Below, piece after piece: positions 10,640 through 21,667 of a stretch of 64,000 nucleotides of DNA; the first letter of the stretch is position 1, and each line of letters starts with the position of its first letter. The notes beneath the pieces are model-generated. The model worked only from the letters and a program-made list of their open reading frames with translations, searched no databases and was not told the DNA's origin. A program made the position numbers and the translations under genes. Source of the DNA: Terriglobia bacterium (GTDB lineage Bacteria > Acidobacteriota > Terriglobia > 2-12-FULL-54-10); assembly GCA_963666975.2 (NCBI GenBank), contig CAXVYR010000004.1, forward strand, positions 608,001 through 672,000, in the 5' to 3' direction.

Positions 10640-11275
10640 TCAACTGGCGGAGGAGACCCTCTCGATAATCAGGTAACCCCCATTGGCCCCGGGCACGGCG
10701 CCCTTGACCAACAGCAGGTTGTCCTCCGGGACTACCCGCACAACTTCCAGATTTCGGACCGTTACGCGATCCGTCCCCATGTGGCCCGCTGCGCGCATTC
10801 CCTTCCACACGCGGGAAGGATAAGATGACTGCCCAATCGAACCAGGAGCCCGGTGAAACATGGAGCCGTGGGTGGCGCCGCCCCCGGCAAAGTGATGGCG
10901 CTTGATCACGCCGGCAAACCCCCGGCCCTTGCTGACGCCGATCACGTTCACGAGGTCCTTCGGCTGGAACAGGTCCACCTTGACCGAATCGCCGGGCTTG
11001 GTTTCGCCGCCCTCTTTCAAACGCAACTCCCGAGTAAACCGGGTGGGGGCCGTACCGGACTTCGCGAAATGGCCCTTGCTTGCCTTGGTGGCATGGCGCC
11101 GGGGGCGACTCTCCACCAACCCCAACTGCGCCGCTTCATAGCCGTCTTTCGCGGCTGTTTTTCGCTGCACCACCACGCAGGGGCCGGCCTCAAGCACCGT
11201 GACGGGCACCACCTCGCCATCCTCGCGGAATATCTGCGTCGTGCCCAGTTTCTTTCCTAAAATGCCGTTTACCAT
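10640..11275 (-). CDS. rplC: 50S ribosomal protein L3
   Basis: [31 protein letters not shown]. Confidence 0.97.
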   Translation of the reverse strand: MVNGILGKKLGTTQIFREDGEVVPVTVLEAGPCVVVQRKTAAKDGYEAAQLGLVESRPRRHATKASKGHFAKSGTAPTRFTRELRLKEGGETKPGDSVKVDLFQPKDLVNVIGVSKGRGFAGVIKRHHFAGGGATHGSMFHRAPGSIGQSSYPSRVWKGMRAAGHMGTDRVTVRNLEVVRVVPEDNLLLVKGAVPGANGGYLIIERVSSAS

Positions 11276-11297
11276 ATGCTATTCCCGGGACGAGAGA

Positions 11298-11325
11298 GCA
11301 GACCCCTCGCTCCGCTCAGGATGAC
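11298..11325. repeat. REP-like palindromic repeat unit
   Basis: gcagacccctcgctccgctcaggatgac closely matches the reverse complement of gtcattccgagcgcagcgaggaatctgc at about 49984-50011. Confidence 0.6.
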
Positions 11326-11333
11326 CCTTCGGA

Positions 11334-11660
11334 TCACTTGTGTTCTCTCCCAAAAGCCTTGATCTCCACATCCACGCCAGCCGGCAGGTCCAGCTTCATC
11401 AGCGCATCCACGGTCTGCTGCGTCGGGTCCAGAATATCCAGCAGCCGCTTATGAGTGCGAATCTCAAACTGCTCGCGAGACTTCTTGTCCACATGCGGCG
11501 AGCGCAGCGTGGTGTACTTATTTTTGATTGTCGGCAGCGGGATGGGCCCGGCCACCTGCGCTCCGGTTCTCTTCGCCGTACCCACGATCTCCGAAGCCGA
11601 CTGGTCGAGGATACGATAATCGTAAGCCTTCAACCGAATTCTAATGCGTTCCCGTAACAT
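11334..11660 (-). CDS. rpsJ: 30S ribosomal protein S10
   Basis: [23 protein letters not shown]. Confidence 0.97.
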   Translation of the reverse strand: MLRERIRIRLKAYDYRILDQSASEIVGTAKRTGAQVAGPIPLPTIKNKYTTLRSPHVDKKSREQFEIRTHKRLLDILDPTQQTVDALMKLDLPAGVDVEIKAFGREHK

Positions 11661-11744
11661 CGTATTTTTTCCGCCTCCGCCGGACCGCTTCCGGCTAGTA
11701 CGCGCTCTCTGGAGCCGGCGGTCAACCGCCGTCTGCGCTCCGTG

Positions 11745-12932
<1,188 letters not shown>

Positions 12933-13019
12933 CGCTATTCCTGCTCCCTTTCGTCTGCTTGAACCATCTCCTCTAACCGTCCCAGAAACATCGCCGGCCG
13001 CAGGAAACCTTCCACAGCC

Positions 13020-15110
13020 CTACCGCCCCACCGCGCGCCCTTGGACGCGGGCGACAATCTCCTCGCTGACAGTGCGGGGTATTTCCTCATACCGCGCAAA
13101 GTGCATGGTGTAGGTGGCGCGGCCCTGCGTCCGGGATCGCATTTCCGTGGCATACCCAAACATCTCCGCCAGCGGCACCGCCGACCGGATGATCTGGGTT
13201 CCGGAACGGGCCTCCATCGCCTCAATCTTCCCGCGGCGGCTGTTCAAATCGCCGATCACGTCCCCCATATACTCCTCCGGCACCACGACCTCCACGCCCA
13301 TCACCGGCTCCATCAGGACCGGCTTGGCGCGGCGGACCGCAGCCTTAAAGCCGATTGAACCGGCGATCTTGAAGGCCAGCTCAGAGCTGTCCACTTCATG
13401 GTAGCTGCCATCGACCAGCGTGACGCGGATGTCCACCATCGGATAGCCGGCCAGCACGCCGCCCTCCATTGCCTCGCGAATCCCCGTCTCCACCGGCTTG
13501 ATGTACTCTCTGGGAACCCTGCCTCCCACGATCTTGCTGATGAACTCAAATCCGGCGCCCGGCTCCGCCGGTTCAATCTCCAGCTTGACATGCCCGTACT
13601 GGCCGTGCCCGCCGGTTTGGCGAACGTATCTTCCTTCGGCCTCGGCGCTGCGCCGTATGGTTTCGCGATAAGCGACCTGGGGTTTCCCCACGTTGGCGCC
13701 CACACGAAATTCCCGCAACAGGCGGTCTACGATAATCTCCAAGTGCAGCTCACCCATTCCGGAAAGAATAGTCTGGCCCGTTTCCGCATCCGTATTCACC
13801 TGGAAGGTGGGATCTTCTTGCGCCAGCTTGCCCAGCGCCACCCCGAGCCTTTCCTGGTCCGCCTTGGTCTTGGGTTCCACTGAAATGGAGATCACCGGGG
13901 TGGGAAACTCGATGGACTCCAGCAGGACCGGCGCGTCCAGGTCGCAGATGGTCTCGCCCGTGCTGACATTCTTCAGGCCGACCGCAGCGGCGATGTCGCC
14001 GGCATAAACCTCGTCAATATCTTCGCGCTTGTCCGCATGCATTTTAAGAAGACGCCCGATGCGTTCTTTCCGCTCCCGGGTGGTGCTCCAGACCTGCGAC
14101 CCGGCTTTCAGAAAACCGGAGTAAACCCGAAAAAACGAAAGCTGGCCGACATACGGATCAGTCATGATTTTGAAAACCAAGGCGGCGAAAGGCTCAGAGT
14201 CGGCAGGCGCCCGCTGAATGGTCTCCCCCTTCGGCGAGAGCCCCTCCACGGGCGGGATATCCACCGGGGAGGGCAGAAAGTCGACTACCGCATCAAGCAA
14301 CGGCTGCACGCCTTTGTTCTTAAAGGCAGACCCGCAGACCACCGGAACCAGCCTGATCCCGATGGTGGACCGGCGCAGGCTGGCTTTCAACTCCTGCTCG
14401 GTCAACTGCTGGCCATGAACGTATTTTTCCAGCAGCGCCTCATCCTGCTCACAGATCGCTTCAATCATCTCGTCGCGGTAAGACTTTGCCTGGGCGCGGT
14501 AGGGCTCGGGAATTTCTTCCTCCTCAAACTGCGCGCCCAATGTCCCTTCGCGGTAGACAATCGCATGATTACGAAACAGGTCAATGACTCCCAAAAATCC
14601 GTCTTCCGTTCCCAGGGGAAGCTGTATCGCCACCGGATGGGTTCCCAGGCGCGTGCGCATCATGGCCAGGCAGCGGTCGAAGTCCGCTCCCACGCGGTCC
14701 ATCTTGTTCACAAAAGCGATGCGCGGAACGCCGTACTTGTCCGCCTGCCTCCAAACGGTTTCCGACTGCGGCTGCACACCCGCCACCGCGTCAAAGACAG
14801 CCACCGCGCCGTCCAGCACCCGCAGGGAGCGCTCCACTTCCGCTGTGAAATCCACATGCCCGGGGGTGTCGATGATGTTGATACGGATGTCATTCCAGAA
14901 ACAAGTGGTAGCCGCCGAAGTGATCGTGATTCCGCGCTCCTGCTCCTGCGCCATATAGTCCATAATGGCAGTGCCTTCGTGGACCTCTCCCATGCGATGC
15001 GTGATTCCTGTGTAATAGAGAATCCGCTCCGTGGTTGTCGTTTTCCCGGCATCGATGTGGGCCATGATGCCGATGTTGCGAATTTTTTCGAGCGCTACTT
15101 CACGCGGCAT
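13020..15110 (-). CDS. fusA: Elongation factor G
   Basis: [21 protein letters not shown]; start moved to MPREV (ATG at 15110). Confidence 0.97.
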   Translation of the reverse strand: MPREVALEKIRNIGIMAHIDAGKTTTTERILYYTGITHRMGEVHEGTAIMDYMAQEQERGITITSAATTCFWNDIRINIIDTPGHVDFTAEVERSLRVLDGAVAVFDAVAGVQPQSETVWRQADKYGVPRIAFVNKMDRVGADFDRCLAMMRTRLGTHPVAIQLPLGTEDGFLGVIDLFRNHAIVYREGTLGAQFEEEEIPEPYRAQAKSYRDEMIEAICEQDEALLEKYVHGQQLTEQELKASLRRSTIGIRLVPVVCGSAFKNKGVQPLLDAVVDFLPSPVDIPPVEGLSPKGETIQRAPADSEPFAALVFKIMTDPYVGQLSFFRVYSGFLKAGSQVWSTTRERKERIGRLLKMHADKREDIDEVYAGDIAAAVGLKNVSTGETICDLDAPVLLESIEFPTPVISISVEPKTKADQERLGVALGKLAQEDPTFQVNTDAETGQTILSGMGELHLEIIVDRLLREFRVGANVGKPQVAYRETIRRSAEAEGRYVRQTGGHGQYGHVKLEIEPAEPGAGFEFISKIVGGRVPREYIKPVETGIREAMEGGVLAGYPMVDIRVTLVDGSYHEVDSSELAFKIAGSIGFKAAVRRAKPVLMEPVMGVEVVVPEEYMGDVIGDLNSRRGKIEAMEARSGTQIIRSAVPLAEMFGYATEMRSRTQGRATYTMHFARYEEIPRTVSEEIVARVQGRAVGR

Positions 15111-15416
15111 ATCTTTACTAACCGTCTTCCCCACTGTCTCGCCACTCTGGCGCTGCGGCAATCCCTGAAAGCCATCCGCCTCCCTGGCTGCCACGCAAGG
15201 CCCAAAAGGCTCCTGCCCGGCGGGCCAAAGGCCTGACCTGGCTGGCTCCCGGCAGCGGAGCAAAAAGGCCACCGGGAAAACCGCCTAACCGGGGAAGAAC
15301 TAAGGTCTCTGTTCTGTTATTGAATCCCCTGACTGCCGATCCTCATCCTAAAAGCCGCAATGCCGGAAGAGCCCGTTTTCCTGCAAGGCGAGGCCATTGC
15401 TTTCGGCCCTTACTCC

Positions 15417-15887
15417 CTACCAGCGGTAGTGAGCAAACGCCCGATTCGCCTCTGCCATACGGTGGATTTCTTCTTTCCTCTTGATCGCAGCGCCCCGGCC
15501 GTTAAAGGCGTCCAACAACTCACCCGCCAGCCGCTCCGACATGCTTTTTTCCCCGCGACGGCGCGCGAAACTGATCAGCCAGCGAATGCTCAAGCTGGCC
15601 CTGCGGTCCGGGTTGACCTCAATCGGAATTTGGTAGTTCGCGCCACCCACCCTACGGGTCTTCACTTCCATCATGGGCTTGGTGTTTTCGACGGCCTTTT
15701 TGAAAACCCGGAGCGGATCCTCTTTCGTTCGCTCCTGAATTCTCTCCATCGCCGAATAAAAAATCGTTTCCGATGTCGACTTCTTGCCATCCCACATCAG
15801 GCAGTTCACGAATTTCGCCACCAGTTCGCTGCTGTAAATGGCGTCCATCGGAACCTGACGGTGTTCGACAAATCCTTTCCTCGGCAT
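15417..15887 (-). CDS. rpsG: 30S ribosomal protein S7
   Basis: [29 protein letters not shown]. Confidence 0.98.
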   Translation of the reverse strand: MPRKGFVEHRQVPMDAIYSSELVAKFVNCLMWDGKKSTSETIFYSAMERIQERTKEDPLRVFKKAVENTKPMMEVKTRRVGGANYQIPIEVNPDRRASLSIRWLISFARRRGEKSMSERLAGELLDAFNGRGAAIKRKEEIHRMAEANRAFAHYRW

Positions 15888-15955
15888 ATTCGACTCTATT
15901 CTCCCGCAGCCCTAAGTTTCCGGCCAGCTTTCCAGCGCCGCCGCCGCAGTCCGGC

Positions 15956-16330
15956 TCAAGCTTTGGGCCGCTTGGCCCCGTATTTCGATCTTCCTTGCTT
16001 CCGGGTCCCCACGCCCGAAGCGTCCAGAGTGCCGCGAACGACGTGATACCGCACGCCCGGCAGGTCCTTCACCTTGCCCCCGCGAATCAGCACAATGGAG
16101 TGCTCCTGCAGGTTGTGGCCGACGCCGGGGATGTAGCTGGTAACCTCAATCCCGTTTGTCAGGCGAACCCGGGCCACTTTGCGAAGCGCCGAATTGGGCT
16201 TCTTGGGCGTAGAGGTATAGACCCGCGTGCAAACCCCCCGTTTCTGAGGACACGATTGCAAGGCGGGACTCGCAGTTTTGCTCTTGACCCTTTTCCGTCC
16301 ATGCCGCACGAGCTGGTTAAATGTAGGCAC
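15956..16330 (-). CDS. rpsL: 30S ribosomal protein S12
   Basis: GTG start giving (M)PTFNQLVR; [18 protein letters not shown]. Confidence 0.97.
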   Translation of the reverse strand: MPTFNQLVRHGRKRVKSKTASPALQSCPQKRGVCTRVYTSTPKKPNSALRKVARVRLTNGIEVTSYIPGVGHNLQEHSIVLIRGGKVKDLPGVRYHVVRGTLDASGVGTRKQGRSKYGAKRPKA

Positions 16331-16640
16331 CAAAACCCTTCCAGATCGCATGGACCCATCAGACAGAGGAAAAACAGGCTTCCCTCGCTTCAAAACTTCT
16401 GAAGAAGATCCGCTGCGACCAAATCCAAATTGTCCCTAAGGGTGGAAAACCCTCCCGGAGCGGCGTCTTGCTCCACTTCGGGCAGCTTTGTTTTAGGCTA
16501 GTCGTTCCGCCCTTGCGGGCGGCCAAGTTATTCACCTGGGCGGCAGGCACCTGGGGGACTTGCTGCGAAAGAAAACCCGGTAACCTTCCACTACATGCCG
16601 CCTCTAGATCAAAGCAGCATCCATGTAGCCAAACCCAAAC

Positions 16641-16669
16641 AATTTAGCAAAAAGCACATCTTCTGTCAA
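16641..16669 (-). promoter_or_regulatory. Sigma70-type promoter of the str-S10-spc operon
   Basis: Minus strand TTGACA-N17-TAAATT with TG just upstream of the -10. Confidence 0.7.
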
Positions 16670-17074
16670 TACGGCCGCCACCCAGCTTTTTGAACCTTAC
16701 AGGCCAAACGGCAAGTTAGAACGTTTCGTCGCTCCCTGCAACCGAGCCGCCCGGCACCCATCTGCAACTCCTTTATCATCTATTTTATCATCTATCACCC
16801 AACGAGTGGTCCAAACGGTTGACACGTCACCAATTTCGCCATCAGCCTGGACTGAATGCAAACAGCGCGGAAATAATTTGTGCTAAAATATCAAAAGTAA
16901 AGTCGTTGCAGGAGGGATTTCCTGAATCCTTTCCTCTGGGGCAGGCTTCGGGGAGAAAAATTTTCGCCCCGGAGTGAAGCATCTTTTTATGCAAACAGGG
17001 AATCGAACTAATTGGCAATCGTTTGTAGCAGTTATTTGTAGTATTGAAGAGAATACCTTTGGGAGGAACTTTCC

Positions 17075-18013
17075 ATGAGCATTACACCTTCACCCATACC
17101 GCAATCTGGAGGAGAGCCCAGCGCGGCAAGCAGCCCACCATCGCCCCCCACCGGAGGCGGCGGGAGTTCCACTTCGCTGCAATCCGTAATTCTGCTGGTG
17201 GTGTTGATCTTGGTTGTTGCCGGAGGATTGGGCTTCTACTCCTACCAGCTGACCAACCGCCTGGAGGAGATGAAAACCAGTTTCGCCCGGACGTTTGCCT
17301 CGCAAAATGAAATCCTGCAGGCAATCGGCCAGCGCCTGGACCAGGGCGATGAACGCTACGCCGACTTGCAGGGCGAATTTTCCGTGACCAGGGAGCGGCT
17401 GGGTCTGACCCGGAACGAACTGCAGCGGGCGCGGCAAATCTCTGCCGCGCTGGACGAGCAGCAGAAGGCATCCGCCATGCTGCTGACCAGCCAGTTGGGC
17501 CAGCTCGAGCAGGAACAGGCCACCACGAAGGGATCGGTGGGCACTTTGGAAACCGATGTGGTCGAAGTAAAGGAAGATGTAAAGTCCACACAGGACCTGC
17601 TGGCCTCCACCCAAACGGAGTTGCAGCGCGTAAAGGGCGACCTGGGCGTGCAGAGCGACCTGATTGCTCACAACGCCGGGGAGCTGGACTCATTGCGGAA
17701 GCTCGGAGACCGGGCCTATTTCGAGTTTGACCTGCGCAAAACCAGGCGGCCCCAGCGCGTCGGAGAGATTTCACTCCAACTCCGGAAAACGGATGTCAAG
17801 CGGCAAAAGTACACCATCTACCTGGTTGCCGACGACAGAACCATCGAGAAGAAAGACAAGACCGTCCATGAGCCGGTGCAGTTTTACCGTCCCGGCGACG
17901 GGTTTCCGACTGAAATTGTCGTCAACCAAATCTTCAAGGACCGCATTGTGGGTTACGTTTCGTCTCCTAAAGCGAAGGGACCGAGCCGGACCCCGATGGG
18001 GTCTGCCTCTTAA
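17075..18013 (+). CDS. Membrane-anchored coiled-coil protein of unknown function
   Basis: GGAGG RBS; Pro/Ser-rich N-terminus, one TM helix (VILLVVLILVVAGGLGFY), long heptad-like region, beta-rich C-terminal domain. Confidence 0.75.
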   Translation: MSITPSPIPQSGGEPSAASSPPSPPTGGGGSSTSLQSVILLVVLILVVAGGLGFYSYQLTNRLEEMKTSFARTFASQNEILQAIGQRLDQGDERYADLQGEFSVTRERLGLTRNELQRARQISAALDEQQKASAMLLTSQLGQLEQEQATTKGSVGTLETDVVEVKEDVKSTQDLLASTQTELQRVKGDLGVQSDLIAHNAGELDSLRKLGDRAYFEFDLRKTRRPQRVGEISLQLRKTDVKRQKYTIYLVADDRTIEKKDKTVHEPVQFYRPGDGFPTEIVVNQIFKDRIVGYVSSPKAKGPSRTPMGSAS

Positions 18014-18150
18014 AATCCTCGAACAGCCTCTGCAAAAACGAACGGGCGGGAGAGCGGGCAATGCCGCTGCTCCCCCGTTCGCCGCAGAAGGAAGCCGGTT
18101 CGCCAGGCCGCTGTCTTGTCAAAGGGCCGGATCGTCAGGGCGGCGGTTCG

Positions 18151-20694
18151 TCAGGGAGATTGACTCGACCAGCCGAGCTGCTTGCCGACGTAGTCGTAGA
18201 TCGGTTTCCCGCAACAAACCTCGTAATAGTGGCGGTCCGTGTACTCCACGATGCGGAAATCTTTCGGGTGGAGTTGCGGAACGCGGCCCCGGCGCACCAC
18301 CACCCTTTGGAAGCTTTCCCGCCCAATCGGCAGAGAACCACAATACAATTCCACCGTTTCCGGATCGCCTAAAAGGGGCATCTTCAAGTCCACCCTTCTT
18401 AGCGATAATTCCTGCGAAAGCTTGCTGAAGGCGGCCTCGTTGATCTCGATGCCCTCGACGTTGTAATGCAGCAGGAATTCCTCCGAGGCGCCGCCGGATT
18501 CGGCGTCGGGCAGCAACTGCATCACAAAGACCCGGAAGAACCGGTTCTTCTGGCCCACCACCCGCTTCGCCAGTTTGCCGCAACTGGAAAGCCGGTCGGA
18601 TTCATTCAGCGCTTTGGAGATCATAATCGGGGTCTCGCCGTCCATCAGGTACATGGGAGCCGCAGGCTGAAAACTGATGCCGATTCCCAGCTCCAGCAGC
18701 GGCAACTGTTTCCGCGCGGCCTGGTCGTTGACCGCCCGGACCCCCTCAATCATATCTCTGGCTAAACCTTTTGCTCTCATGAGACTTGTTGGCTGTTCTG
18801 AAATTTTAGCCGGACAGCAGTGAAGGGGCAGTCCACCCTTCTTAGAGATTCGGGCCACGGAGTTTGTGCCCAGGGTATCCTTCTCCCGCTCCAGAATCGC
18901 CAAAATCACGGCGTCCCCTTCCAGAAACACTTTGAAAGCGCCGTAGCGGGGCAGCAGTTTGGTGATCGGCTGAAAAAAATTGAGACTAAAGTAAGAGGCC
19001 GGATTCAATCCCCTGGAATACAGCTGGGCCGTGATGGAGGTGGAGTCCCGGATGTCGGCTTTCAGGATAGCGTGGCTAGAGACCTTGTCCTCCAGCGGCC
19101 CATGTTCCTCCGCCAGAAGAAACCGGTAGAGGGTGCGGTTGATCTCGGAAAGTTCCAGTTGCTTCCGGTCAACGGGAAGGTGGACATGCTCCATCAAGCT
19201 CCGCACCAGGTGAAAGTCGCGCAGATCGTGCTGGTAGCGCATATAGTCGGAAAGGAAGCGGACCAGCACAGCCCGTATCTCCTTGCTCCCGGCGTCGCGG
19301 ACCCGGCGCGCCGCTTCCTCCAGCGTGGCGGTGGAAGCGGTGGGGAGGCGGTATTCACGAATCAGGTGCGCCACCTTCTTTCGCTCGCCTTCCTCCACCA
19401 GCGCTTCTTTCAGTTGCTGCGGGTGGATTGGAGGACAAAAATCCTGATAGATTCTGGCCGTTTCATAGGCCGCCAGGATATAGGGAATCAACCCGGCTTG
19501 GTGAAACTGATCGTAGAGTTTCTCGAGGGCTTCCTTTTGCTCCCCGGCTTTTTGCTTCAGGAACGCGATTTTCTCCGCTCCGGCTTTTTCCTTCCGCGCC
19601 TCCGCAAGCTGCTGCTCGGTCTGAAAGGCGTCCACCAATAAAACGGCATTGGCCGGCGCAGCGGCGATGGCATCTATGCGGGCCGCATAAGAATCCGAGA
19701 TCAGGTGAAACGCTTCCAGTTGCCCGTTCAGCCGGCTTTCTATGGACGCAATCTCTGACTTCAGTTCGGCCGGGTCTTGTGTTTCCGTCCGTCCGCCCAG
19801 GGAGAAAAATCCCCGCTTCGTTCCCTGTTCCTCCACTTGCTTGCGCAGGGTCTCCCGACGCAGGCTCAGTTCCGCGCAGGACTCCCGGCGGGAATAGTAA
19901 TTTTGAAACTCCTCCGAGTGACAGTCGGCCCATTCCAGCAAGCTCCGCACCTGCTCGTCGACCAGTTCCAGCCGGTCCGGGTCCCTCTGGAAATTTCCCA
20001 GCAAAATGTAGTGCTCCAGATTTAGATAATCGTCCTTCCCGTCCTCGGTGAAAATCAATGGATTGGAAAAGACGGCGTGCGGCTCCGAGGCCTCGCTGCC
20101 GAAAAAGGACTCGCGCGTCTTGCGAACCACGTCACCGCGCGCCTCGTTGACCATTCCCAGCAGTTCCTGACCCGCCCGGCGCAGAATGATTTTTCTGTTT
20201 TTTTGGAAATTGCCGAACTGTTCTTGCAGTTGGTAGCCGCGTGGCCGGTGATCCTGTCCCGGCCCCTCAAACAATTTCAACTTCTCGCGCGCTTGGACGG
20301 TGATCGCGGCGTGCTGCGCTTGCAACTCCCCAACCATATACTTGAAGACCGCCGTTTGAACCAGCACCTCCAGTTGAGGGTTTTTCTCGACATTGGCGCG
20401 TTTCAGCACAGCCACCAGCAAGTCTTGCAAGCTCTGCTTCACCTCTTTTTTATCAGATGGTTTGGGTTGGCCTGGAGGGTTGTGCATAAGCTCTGCCGCG
20501 CCGGAATGCTTGAGAACTACTTGCAACAAGAGAGGCCGGCAGAACTCCAGGAAACGGGGGCTGAGACAGACGTCAAACCGGATGTTGTCAATGCCGGGGA
20601 TCAACTGATCGGTCTTGACAGCGGGCGCGTAGGAGTGGAAGGAGAAGGGGTGCTGCGGCTTTGCAGAAGCGGATTTGGAGAATAGGGCGCTCAT
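18151..20694 (-). CDS. Large protein with a C-terminal class III nucleotide cyclase-like domain
   Basis: ILKADIRDST, KVFLEGDAV and LGIGI resemble adenylate/guanylate cyclase motifs; helical N-terminus with no obvious TM; start set at MSALFSK. Confidence 0.65.
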   Translation of the reverse strand: MSALFSKSASAKPQHPFSFHSYAPAVKTDQLIPGIDNIRFDVCLSPRFLEFCRPLLLQVVLKHSGAAELMHNPPGQPKPSDKKEVKQSLQDLLVAVLKRANVEKNPQLEVLVQTAVFKYMVGELQAQHAAITVQAREKLKLFEGPGQDHRPRGYQLQEQFGNFQKNRKIILRRAGQELLGMVNEARGDVVRKTRESFFGSEASEPHAVFSNPLIFTEDGKDDYLNLEHYILLGNFQRDPDRLELVDEQVRSLLEWADCHSEEFQNYYSRRESCAELSLRRETLRKQVEEQGTKRGFFSLGGRTETQDPAELKSEIASIESRLNGQLEAFHLISDSYAARIDAIAAAPANAVLLVDAFQTEQQLAEARKEKAGAEKIAFLKQKAGEQKEALEKLYDQFHQAGLIPYILAAYETARIYQDFCPPIHPQQLKEALVEEGERKKVAHLIREYRLPTASTATLEEAARRVRDAGSKEIRAVLVRFLSDYMRYQHDLRDFHLVRSLMEHVHLPVDRKQLELSEINRTLYRFLLAEEHGPLEDKVSSHAILKADIRDSTSITAQLYSRGLNPASYFSLNFFQPITKLLPRYGAFKVFLEGDAVILAILEREKDTLGTNSVARISKKGGLPLHCCPAKISEQPTSLMRAKGLARDMIEGVRAVNDQAARKQLPLLELGIGISFQPAAPMYLMDGETPIMISKALNESDRLSSCGKLAKRVVGQKNRFFRVFVMQLLPDAESGGASEEFLLHYNVEGIEINEAAFSKLSQELSLRRVDLKMPLLGDPETVELYCGSLPIGRESFQRVVVRRGRVPQLHPKDFRIVEYTDRHYYEVCCGKPIYDYVGKQLGWSSQSP
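18804..18822 (+). mobile_element. Possible IS4-family terminal inverted repeat remnant inside the cyclase-like gene
   Basis: ttttagccggacagcagtg resembles, from memory, ends of DUF4372-type IS4 elements; it lies in an apparent ~25-codon in-frame insert. Confidence 0.4.
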
Positions 20695-20929
20695 CGCTGG
20701 TTGTCCGAGGGTTGTCCGAGTAGCCCTTGGTATGAAGGGGCAGGGGTAACGCCAGCTTCTGGCTCCGGAAGCAACTATAACAAAACCCGTGACCACCAGC
20801 AAAGCCCGTTGCGGCCCGATGGCTGCTCCGGCTCGGTAACCTCAATGATTCCCCTTGCACATCGCAGCGGGAAAAAACGGCAAGAAACGAAAAATGATCT
20901 GCAGCAGAAAATTTGGGTAGAATGTCCAA

Positions 20930-21166
20930 ATGTTTCCTGAAGCGGCCCCCCTGCGTTGCGTACATCTAAACCGGCTTGGCCGTCAATGTCCTTCCGAGGC
21001 GCTTCCGGAGGACGTGTTTTGCGCGGCCCACTCGCCCGACCGGGAACTTGAATCGCCGGAGCCGGACAATCGCCGCCCTTCCATCTATCGCCTGGTGGCG
21101 CTCCTGCTGCTGCTCATTTTTCTTTTCAATGCCTATCAGACTGTTCTCGGATGGCTGGGATGGTAG
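20930..21166 (+). CDS. Small membrane protein with a Cys/His (Zn-finger-like) N-terminus
   Basis: C-x8-C-x10-C-x2-H followed by a hydrophobic C-terminal helix (LVALLLLLIFLF). Confidence 0.6.
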   Translation: MFPEAAPLRCVHLNRLGRQCPSEALPEDVFCAAHSPDRELESPEPDNRRPSIYRLVALLLLLIFLFNAYQTVLGWLGW

Positions 21167-21274
21167 GATTGCTTTGTCGTTCTGCGCTGAGCACAAGCCT
21201 GGTAGATTCTCTCTTGAGTTACAAGGTTTTTTCTCTTTTGGAGGATGCCGAAGGAACCTTTTCTCTTATTGGAT

Positions 21275-21395
21275 TCATGCAACCTTCATGGTACAAAGCT
21301 CCGAGGCGAGCGGAAAGAGCTTGGCCCCGTCGTAAGCCTGGCGATGTTTGAACATGCCGAAGATGGCGTGCAAGAGCTTCCGCATGACGGCCACG
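21275..21395 (-). mobile_element. IS110-family transposase C-terminal fragment
   Basis: [22 protein letters not shown] resembles the IS110 C-terminal AxxRKLL motif. Confidence 0.6.
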
Positions 21396-21510
21396 CCCAT
21401 ATCTTCGACGCCCCGCACTTGATCGTCTTCCCTGCCCTGGCCGTGATGCTGGCCGTCCTGGCTTTCAACTTCCTGGGAGACGCGCTCCGCGACTACCTCG
21501 ACCCGTGCCT
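21390..21510 (+). pseudogene. C-terminal fragment of a DppC/OppC-type ABC permease
   Basis: [32 protein letters not shown] is the DppC C-terminal signature; the 5' part is absent. Confidence 0.7.
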
Positions 21511-21547
21511 GAGTAGAAGAACCCACCCTACTGGAAGCGAAAAGCTC

Positions 21548-21600
21548 TTGACAGCGGATGGACTTAAGGAGTATTAATGGCGTAAGTTAACTTGGGTTAA
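21548..21600 (+). promoter_or_regulatory. Promoter with a palindromic putative DtxR-family operator
   Basis: TTGACA at 21548, AT-rich -10-like TATTAAT near 21572, palindrome TTAAC-ttgg-GTTAA at 21587-21600. Confidence 0.5.
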
Positions 21601-21667
21601 TGATCCGGATGGCAGGATAGGGTTAGTTTCCGGGCCCCCTCCAAGAGCTAAGAGCGGAGGAAAACGC

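Noticed and set aside
15111-15272. N-terminal extension of EF-G (and similar extensions of rpsL, rplW, SDR, TonB receptor, DUF1552)
   Set aside because: ORF-caller longest-start artefacts; family similarity, and in several cases an RBS, begins at downstream starts.
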